This document shows, piece after piece, positions 11,018 to 21,923 of a stretch of DNA of 34,578 nucleotides. A program made the translations under genes and the position numbers. Positions within the stretch are counted from its first letter, which is position 1. Each line of letters opens with the position of its first letter. The notes under the pieces were generated by a model. It saw nothing but the letters and a program-made list of their open reading frames with translations. It made no database searches and was not told the DNA's origin. The stretch is from Octopus bimaculoides. Lineage: Eukaryota. The stretch is taken from contig NC_069000.1 in the NCBI RefSeq assembly GCF_001194135.2, forward strand, positions 42,097,685 to 42,132,262, in the 5' to 3' direction.

Positions 11018-11512
11018 CTGAAACGAAGAATGAGAAACGATTATTAATCCATTAAGTCTCAGAGTACTAAAATTTCTGAATATTACTTTAAAATTTTTTT
11101 TATGGAAGATTCAAAATAGGTTAAAATGAAAAAAATAATTATTAAAATACCTTTACTTCAAATAGAAATGGAAATACTCGGTGTCCTATAAATAGGACAC
11201 TGAGACGATGTGATATAGCTTATTCAATGTTCTCATTTAGTGTCCTATTTATAGGACAGTGGGACTTAATGGGTTAAAAGATCACACCTAGAGAAATTCA
11301 TAGATGAGAAATGTCGACTGTACAAAGTTTCATTTCGAAACTAATAACAACACCTGGAAAACCAACAGATGATAAATATCTAGTTTTATAACTAATTACT
11401 TGTGATAACCTGTACTGGAAGGGATTTGATATAATATCTGTCCATCTTCGGCGTTCAATAAATTATAATAGATTGGAAATGGATATATATGTGTGCATGT
11501 ATGTATGTTTAC

Positions 11513-11584
<72 letters not shown>

Positions 11585-12134
11585 NNNNNNNNNNNNNNNN
11601 NNNNNNNNNNNNNNNNNNNNNNNNNNNNNNNNNNNNNNNNNNNNNNNNNNNNNNNNNNNNNNNNNNNNNNNNNNNNNNNNNNNNNNNNNNNNNNNNNNNN
11701 NNNNNNNNNNNNNNNNNNNNNNNNNNNNNNNNNNNNNNNNNNNNNNNNNNNNNNNNNNNNNNNNNNNNNNNNNNNNNNNNNNNNNNNNNNNNNNNNNNNN
11801 NNNNNNNNNNNNNNNNNNNNNNNNNNNNNNNNNNNNNNNNNNNNNNNNNNNNNNNNNNNNNNNNNNNNNNNNNNNNNNNNNNNNNNNNNNNNNNNNNNNN
11901 NNNNNNNNNNNNNNNNNNNNNNNNNNNNNNNNNNNNNNNNNNNNNNNNNNNNNNNNNNNNNNNNNNNNNNNNNNNNNNNNNNNNNNNNNNNNNNNNNNNN
12001 NNNNNNNNNNNNNNNNNNNNNNNNNNNNNNNNNNNNNNNNNNNNNNNNNNNNNNNNNNNNNNNNNNNNNNNNNNNNNNNNNNNNNNNNNNNNNNNNNNNN
12101 NNNNNNNNNNNNNNNNNNNNNNNNNNNNNNNNNN

Positions 12135-12204
<70 letters not shown>

Positions 12205-12469
12205 GTGAGAGTGAGTGAGAGAGCGAGTGAGAGAGAGAGATCTATTATTAAACCGTTTACAGCGTTTGTTTCAGTATCATAACCAACAGAAACAACAATA
12301 AATTCATATATTATTTACATTATTTACATTTGACGGATATTTGCCCTCATCTTGTCTGTTATTAACACAACGTTTCAGCTGATATACCCTTCAGCCTTCT
12401 TCAGGTGTCTTGGGGGGAAATTTCGAACCTGGGTTCTCATTCATAAGGTATTTTTCAATGTTGTTGTTG

Positions 12470-12514
<45 letters not shown>

Positions 12515-13822
12515 GCCCATGGGCATATGGTGTAGTGGTTAAGAGCGCGGGCTACTAACCCCCAATTTCCGAGTTCGATTCCAGGCAGTAACCTGAATAA
12601 TAATAATAATAATAATAATAACAACATCGAAAAATACCTTAGGAATGAGAACCCAGGTTCAAATCAGCTGAAATATTGTTTTAACAACAAACAAGATGAG
12701 GACAAATATCTATCAAATGTAAATAATGTAAATAGTTCCTCATCTCTTAAATACAGAACTGAATAAATTCATAGCCTTACCGGATTCTCCCTCAACAGAT
12801 TGATGAACAGTTCAATGTTTGAATGCCCGATTCGATCCACAATCTTTCGTTTGTCTCTGATGAGTTCCACAATCATCTGGGCAACATTCAGACCGATACC
12901 ACCCTGGAAGAAGTAGAAGAAAAAAAGAAACATTACAAAAGCAGTAGTAACAACAACAACAACAGCAACCACTAAAACAGTATGGCTCGCACTCTACGTT
13001 AATCTCTTGTCCTTGTAATCCGTAATCTCAAAAGCATTTTGAGGGTCAGAAGCTTTTGCTGAACGATAACGTTATTCTAAAATGTCTGAGGGCGGCGAGG
13101 AGCCGACAGAATCGTTAGGACGCTGGGCGAAATGCTTAGCGGTATTTCGTCTGTCGCTACGTTCTGAGTTCAAATTCCACCGAGGTCGACTTTGCTTTTT
13201 ATCCTTTCGGGGTCGATAAATTACGTACCAGCGAAACATTGNNNNNNNNNNNNNNNNNNNNNNNNNNNNNNNNNNNNNNNNNNNNNNNNNNNNNNNNNNN
13301 NNNNNNNNNNNNNNNNNNNNNNNNNNNNNNNNNNNNNNNNNNNNNNNNNNNNNNNNNNNNNNNNNNNNNNNNNNNNNNNNNNNNNNNNNNNNNNNNNNNN
13401 NNNNNNNNNNNNNNNNNNNNNNNNNNNNNNNNNNNNNNNNNNNNNNNNNNNNNNNNNNNNNNNNNNNNNNNNNNNNNNNNNNNNNNNNNNNNNNNNNNNN
13501 NNNNNNNNNNNNNNNNNNNNNNNNNNNNNNNNNNNNNNNNNNNNNNNNNNNNNNNNNNNNNNNNNNNNNNNNNNNNNNNNNNNNNNNNNNNNNNNNNNNN
13601 NNNNNNNNNNNNNNNNNNNNNNNNNNNNNNNNNNNNNNNNNNNNNNNNNNNNNNNNNNNNNNNNNNNNNNNNNNNNNNNNNNNNNNNNNNNNNNNNNNNN
13701 NNNNNNNNNNNNNNNNNNNNNNNNNNNNNNNNNNNNNNNNNNNNNNNNNNNNNNNNNNNNNNNNNNNNNNNNNNNNNNNNNNNNNNNNNNNNNNNNNNNN
13801 NNNNNNNNNNNNNNNNNNNNNN

Positions 13823-13868
<46 letters not shown>

Positions 13869-16068
13869 AGAAGAAGAGAGAGAGATATTAGAGACGAGAA
13901 AAGACTTTGGGGGCTTACGAAGCATGACGGAAAGTAGCGTAAAGAAACGGGAAGAATTGTCGAAAAACGGATGTCATCGTATCTAAAGAAAAAAAAGCGA
14001 ATTCAAGGACAAAAAGAGACAAGAAGAAAGCTTAAGGTTTAAGAAGCATTTCGGAAAGTAACGTAAATGAGCGGGAGGAGGTGCAGAAGGACGAATGTTC
14101 TCGTATCTCAATGATTTACTTACTTTCTGCGAGAACTGTGTTTGGAAAAAATCGATGTATTTAGCAAAATACAAAGCGTTCTTCCTGCTTCTTCCAATCA
14201 TGTAAGCATGTAACACGTCATAGGCTTCTTTGAAGATCCGAATCATATAACTTTCATCTTCTGCTCCTTGTAGTGGCAGTTGCAGTATCTTTACTAACAG
14301 ATCGATCACCTACATGAACGGGGATCAAATACACAAATTACTCTTTAGTGTCTTCAATATGTCTAACGCAAATAATATGCTGCAACAACAGACGCGCTTT
14401 TGGATCATTCAAAATTGCTTTTTCTCTTTATATTTAAAACACCCCCAGGAAACAAGTACTACCTGTACTACATGTATTACAAGAACTTCTCTGTTTGAGC
14501 CAGGCTCTCTGCAACAACCCAGAACACTATACCACAAGACCATTCCAAGAACAGTTTCTCTTCCAAAGTCTCTAACTACACACACACACACACACACACA
14601 TACATAGCAAGATTCTTCCAGCAAAGCCATCATCGGACAATAGCGCAGTCACTGCGATTACTATTCTTGTTATATATATGAGCAAAAAAATAAGAAGCAT
14701 GCGTAGCGTTACGTAGGTTCCAAAATTTGAACAGAAACGCAACAAAGGAACAAATGGAAAATTCACACAGAATTCCTTGTCATTTATCAACCAAAAGATC
14801 TTTACAATTTCACACCTTTAACGATAATATTGTTCACTCTTGGTGGCTTCAGCTGCGAGAAGCTGCTGGAAAAAGCGAGCGAACATGGATACACACACAC
14901 GCACACACACCATTGTACACACATACATACATACATACATACATACATGTCTGTGTGGGTGCGTGCATATGTGTGTGTATACATGTATGTATGTATGTTT
15001 TGATATTAAAATAAAAAAGACTTACTCTCAAATTTCTCATCAGTTTCTGTCGATTTTTGTCCGGTCGCCCATCCGGAATGATAAACGCCTTCAACTCCTT
15101 CATCCCCTGTAATATAGATAACGTTAAGGTGATAATATTATCTCTGGGCATAAAAACACTGTCTAGCGCATAATGACATCAAACTTTTTTATTGGTATTA
15201 AATTGATAATTGTATTGCACCGATAATCAGATTGCACCGATAATTGTTGTCTTCAGCGTTTTATCGCGTGTCCGATAATTTATTTGGTCTTTTTTCTTGA
15301 CCACTTCTTTCCCTCTGTCCGTGTTTATGCCTCCGATGACTAATGAGGCCGATTCTTGCATGGAACGTTTAGTTGCAAAGTTCGCAACTCTTTATCACAG
15401 GTTTTATTGGAGCTTCCGGAGTCTTACATGCGTAGAGGGCTTGCTACCTGCAGCCTACGGTACCAGGCTATCGATTCTTTTCAAATATCTAATACTTCCC
15501 TGATTATTCTGACCGTGCCAAGGAAGCAAACCTTTTGTAACAGTTCTACTGGACACTCTATTCCAATTTCCCTTATATTCCCATTGATGCCTTCTGATAC
15601 TCTTCCCACGGACCCAACAATAATTGGCACTATTTTCACCTTCTTCATTTTCCATAGCCAGGCTATTTCGTACTTAAGAGGGCTGTATTTATCTATCGTT
15701 TTGCCTTCCTTATTGAGTATTCATGGGTCTAAGGGGCATGCAACGTCAACTATATAGCATATGTGGTACACGTTGTCCAACACACCAGGTCCGATCTGTT
15801 ATGCTCTAGCACCTGACCTGTTTGGATTGGGAAATCCCAGAGGAGTTTGCTATTCTTCGACTCCGCCACTCTCTGCAGTTTGTGCTCATACCCCGGCTGG
15901 CCTCTCTAGCCCCCACTTTTCGCACAGTTTCTAATGAAACATTTTCGCTACCTGATCGTGTCGCCACAACTTTTAGTGGTTTTGGGCAAGTCTAGGGAAT
16001 TCATTCGTGATATGGGCAATAATTTCATCCACTCTATTGCAGGTGCGGCACAGCGGAGACACTTGCTC

Positions 16069-16108
<40 letters not shown>

Positions 16109-17136
16109 TCATATATGCACAATAGATTTATTCCGTTGGGAAAGAAAAATTCTTAACATCGAACTACAACTTTTAACCTTAGATGCCAAAATCCTTCCTA
16201 AGTATCCTAGCTCTCCTCCCCTCCTCCTCCTCCTCATCATCATATACGAAGCCCAGTATGCCCATCATGACTACCCATTTGATAAGGGTACACCAGGCAC
16301 ATGCATCACAACCATATGTGCGCGACGTGGTGATCTCACATCAAGTTAAACAATGCATGACCTTGAAGGTGAGGCCCAGTTAGAATTTTTCCAGGTCGAG
16401 TCGCCCATCCCGCTCAAAAGGTCCCTGAATAAGGGTTGTTTAAGGATGTTGAGCAAAACACCCATGTTTCCAAAAGTGAATTATTCAAACCCCAAAGAAT
16501 TCCTGTCAACACATGGCTATGATGCTCCCCCACTACTTTTGCTCGTGATCAGAGATGCACATATCGTCAGCCACTAAGGGACATGCTCAACTGGTTAGGG
16601 TCAAACAACTGACAAGCAAATCTTCTTACCACATTGCAACTCCTGCGCCTATGAATGCGATATTTACGACCTTTAAAGATCTTTGAAGACACACACATTC
16701 TCACGTTGAAACCGTTTTTTTTATATATATATAATTCGAACTGTAATCATGAGAGCAATTTTTGAAGTTCTGATAATTCTGGATTTTCTGGTATTTGACT
16801 CCAGTATTTAAGAGTACCGTTTGATATATTTCCCAAACTTCCAGTAACCACTAGTACAGATGTCGTTCTAAGAAGCCACATTTTTGAGAATTCTATTTCA
16901 AGACGATTGTATTTACTTCATTTTTCAAAAATTTTCAGAGAAGTGGTGCATTTCTCTCGGATTGATGTATTTATGAGCAAACATATTTTGTTAATACGAT
17001 TTTTAGCCACAATATCTGGTATATTAGCCTGAATAGTTCGATCAGCTTCGATACTTAAGTCCAAAAGAAAAGCTATGTCTTTGATCTCAATTACATGACA
17101 TGATTGTTTCCATAAGACAAACAGACAGACGGACAA

Positions 17137-17201
<65 letters not shown>

Positions 17202-18133
17202 TGGAATTTCCTGTCTCAGATTTGTACTATATTTTCCCATGTGATTTTGCACAATCAATAAAAAGAAAGAGATGAGAAGAGAAGAAAAAAGAGAAAGAAA
17301 GAGGCGGAAAGAGATTGAAAGAGAGTTAAATGAAAAAGAGTGAGATGAATTGTGAATGTAAATACTTACAGCAATGATACCGTGTGTTATTCTTGCATTC
17401 AAATGTAGTTCATGCTTCAAAGAATACAATAAGAGAAAAACAAATATAAGCATTAAAACATGGAATAATAGACAGATGAAATGATCGACAGGAAGACAGA
17501 CTGAGAGATAGGTCGATAGACAGGGAGGATAGGATAATCCATAAGCGAATAAATAACTGAATCGATTTAAATCGATGAATTTGCCCTTATTTTTGCGATT
17601 TATACACCTAATTGGTACTTACACGGTTGACCAAATTATAAAGGAATGGCACCATGCCGGCAACAAAATTAAAATCTTTGATAGCCTCATCATCCACGTA
17701 TTGTAGAGTGTAGGCATCGTCATACTGGCTTTCATTCGACGAAGATACCTGAAATGGGAAAAATTTCAAGAAGAATTAGAGGAATCTCAGAACAGCTTGT
17801 AGAATGGTAAATACATGCATATATATAATGACTATAAGGATTCAATAGAAACGAGGCACATTAACACGTAGGACGCCGGACTGGGTAGGTACGATAACAC
17901 AGAGTTCATGGTCAGCCTGGTCAGCAAGATAGAATACATCAGATGTTGTTAGGAATGGATATTGCGGATATAAATGTACCAAAACTAATTTAAACCGTAG
18001 ATCCGACTCTGCGGTTGGTCATTGGCATGACGGAGATGCAGAAAGTAAACACAGATGCCGTATAAAATTTGATGTTTCGGTAAAGTTTTATTATTGCCGA
18101 AACAGCTGTCGTAAATTTAAAACGCATTTGCCC

Positions 18134-18182
<49 letters not shown>

Positions 18183-19123
18183 AAGTTACTTGGAAATGGA
18201 TGTGTGGCGTCCAATTAAATAATAATAATAATAAATAATACATATATGTCCGTCTTCCCTTCTTTGGACTTTTTCTATATTTTTAATGAAGAGCTCCGCT
18301 CGAAACGTGAAATCCTCTTTCGTTTCTTTCTTGAGCGTCCAATAACACTGTACTTATTCCACGTCCTCGCGTTGTTGTTTTTTCGTGTTTTTTCTTACTT
18401 GGTCATGTTTGGATTGACTNNNNNNNNNNNNNNNNNNNNNNNNNNNNNNNNNNNNNNNNNNNNNNNNNNNNNNNNNNNNNNNNNNNNNNNNNNNNNNNNN
18501 NNNNNNNNNNNNNNNNNNNNNNNNNNNNNNNNNNNNNNNNNNNNNNNNNNNNNNNNNNNNNNNNNNNNNNNNNNNNNNNNNNNNNNNNNNNNNNNNNNNN
18601 NNNNNNNNNNNNNNNNNNNNNNNNNNNNNNNNNNNNNNNNNNNNNNNNNNNNNNNNNNNNNNNNNNNNNNNNNNNNNNNNNNNNNNNNNNNNNNNNNNNN
18701 NNNNNNNNNNNNNNNNNNNNNNNNNNNNNNNNNNNNNNNNNNNNNNNNNNNNNNNNNNNNNNNNNNNNNNNNNNNNNNNNNNNNNNNNNNNNNNNNNNNN
18801 NNNNNNNNNNNNNNNNNNNNNNNNNNNNNNNNNNNNNNNNNNNNNNNNNNNNNNNNNNNNNNNNNNNNNNNNNNNNNNNNNNNNNNNNNNNNNNNNNNNN
18901 NNNNNNNNNNNNNNNNNNNNNNNNNNNNNNNNNNNNNNNNNNNNNNNNNNNNNNNNNNNNNNNNNNNNNNNNNNNNNNNNNNNNNNNNNNNNNNNNNNNN
19001 NNNNNNNNNNNNNNNNNNNNNNNNNNTATATATATATATATATGTGTATATATATGTCAAAAGGGTGAAAGAGCAGAAAAGACAGATAGATATATAGACA
19101 GATAAACACTGTATTAGACAGAC

Positions 19124-19198
<75 letters not shown>

Positions 19199-19302
19199 GA
19201 GGGAGAGAGAGAATAAGTGAGAGAGAGAGATGTAAATGTAAATATCGAATGCGAGCAAACAGAATAAAATTGAATGAGGGATGAATAAATGCAGACAGGT
19301 AC

Positions 19303-19350
<48 letters not shown>

Positions 19351-21886
19351 NNNNNNNNNNGAGAGAGAGAGAGAGAGAGAGAGAGAGACGCTGATAGAGA
19401 GAGAGAAAGAGAAAAGAAGGAAAGTAAAAATTACTGCATCATGCTGTATTTCCTTACCTTTCAGAGCGTGGAGCCAGTAACCTGTCAGCATGTGTTCAAT
19501 CCTTGCGTAACTTTCGAATTGAATTTGATTCCTCTCCTAGAATGAAATTGTTATTATTATTATTAAGGCGGTGAGCTGACAGAATCGTTAGCATGCCGGG
19601 AAAATTGCTTAGCGACATTTCGTCTGTTGCTACGTTCTGAGTTCAAACAAGGATGGTCCAACAACAACCATTGTTGTTCACATCCATTGACTCCAAAGCA
19701 CATCCTACATCAATGTATTGAGTGTCTTCAGCACACATTGTTTGAAAGAAGGTGTTTTTTGAAGATGTAATACAACAATGTTTAACACATTCATATTAGG
19801 AATGAACAGGTACATCATCATTTATGATTCTCGCTCTCCTGCGTGCACATGATAAATGATGATGAATCAGCAACGTGCACATGATAAAGGATCATGATCT
19901 GAGTGCACATGATAAATTATCTTGAATCAGAAACGCGGATCATCAAGCAATTTGTTTGTTGAATCCTATCAACAAGGACAGCAATATTTGTTAAGATTTA
20001 TCCATCCAGTGGTAACTTTGAAGAGACACAATCATGTTGAAACGCCGGTGTCCCAAAGTCCCCTTACGTCAATAAATCGTGTATATTGCCTATACACATC
20101 TTCTAAGAGAAGAAAGAATTCTTCAAAGGCAAAATACAACAGCAATAAACATATTAAGAATGAATATCTTCATCTTCGTTGTAATACAATTTATTTATAT
20201 CAAAACTTCTGCTGCTGCTCGATAGATTAGTTGTAAGATTTGTTGCACAAGGGAATGAAAATTCTAAATGATCTCACCTTCAAAACTGAATGTAGCCGGA
20301 ACACAGTGCGTGGATCGGTTTGGTCAGTGGTCAAAGATACCTCGGACTTGGAGTTTATACACAGATATTGGCGAGTGGCCAAATGTCGCAGGCGAATCTG
20401 CTGCTCCCAGTTTAATACTTCACCTATTATTTGAAAGGAAAAAGGAAACAAACAAACAAACAAATAAATATGAGTAGAGTACAATAACACAAACATACAT
20501 TCACACAAACGTATATTCACACAAACGCACACATATGTACACAGATATACACAGACATACCTGGATATATATCGGCCTTTATTACATACAGCCACACTCA
20601 CACGCCCAACACATGCGTATGAAAACAATTTAATCGAAGTGTACTACTTTCATATCTAGTACTTAAAATTAACGTTCCGAAGACATTCACTTACCATCCA
20701 ATATGCTCGACTCAGATTCTATCTGCCAATATGTGTTTCCGGAAGTTGATGGTGACATAGTCTTTGGGTGGTGCTGATCCATGACCCGAATACGAAAATG
20801 AACTGCAGAGTAAGTATAGAAACGCAAACATTGATGAGAGAAGTGAAAATAACAAGAATGAGTACGTTAAGTTTATCTCTATAGATTTTCTAAACAAATT
20901 ATAACCATCTCTGGTTTTGTTATGACATTTCATGTCTGAGTAAGCTTAATGTAAACAACAATGTGATCGAAAATGAAAAATGGGTAATGGATGCATATAC
21001 CATATTTCAGGAGTATTTTGCTTCTTCCTCAGCACCCATTCAACTCATTAACCATCCACGAACTCATTTCTATAGAAAATCTGTAGAGATAAACTTAACA
21101 AATTGTTTAATAACACTACTGACACAGCAGAACACAATATTGATTTATAAAAAGGGCGGCGAGCTGGCAGAAACGTTAGCACGCCGGGCGAAATGCTTAG
21201 CGGTATTTCGTCTGTCTTTACGTTCTGAGTTCAAATTTGCCTTTCATCCTTTCGGGTTCGATAAATTAAGTACTATTTGCATACTGGGATCGATCTAATC
21301 GACTGGTCCCCTCCCCAAAATTCGGGCCTTGTGCCTAAAGTAGAAAAGAATATTGACTTATGAAATAAAGTGTTTTATATACTTTGTAGTAGATTATGAT
21401 TGTATAACGAAATACGGAGTCCCTGCAGGTCATTAATACGTATGCATACTTATATGTGGATTAAAATAGATAGAGGGCGAGGAGATGAGGAGATATTAGG
21501 AACGCAAAGGAGATTAGATGTTTTTTTTTTAATTTTTCATCTTCATCTTATCATATCGAATTGGTTGTCCACTTTCTTTCGTCTAACATTACACAACCAC
21601 AGATATTCTTTCAGCAGCACTGCTGTCGTCGAATTTTCGTCTTATCTCCGTGCTGCAGACTAAACCTGTCAGTAAATTCTTGAATATCTCTCACATTAGT
21701 CTAAACAACTTTATGTATTCTTTCGTTAAAAATGAATAATTATCTTAATTCATTTTCTATTTTGATGTTTTGCGACTTCATATATCGCCTGAAACTTTCT
21801 TCTTACATAGACTACTTCAACATACCTTCTAAACTTCTCAACATTACTCTAATCTCGTTTGTGTGTATATATGTGAATACACATAT

Positions 21887-21923
<37 letters not shown>

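Noticed and set aside
16630-16680. Candidate exon [17 protein letters not shown] with gtaaga donor
   Set aside because: The 17370-17414 exon fits the ITPR alignment at this position; this peptide does not.
19843-19916. CRISPR-like array
   Set aside because: Eukaryotic context, only three 14-bp repeats with 14-18-bp spacers, and no cas genes.
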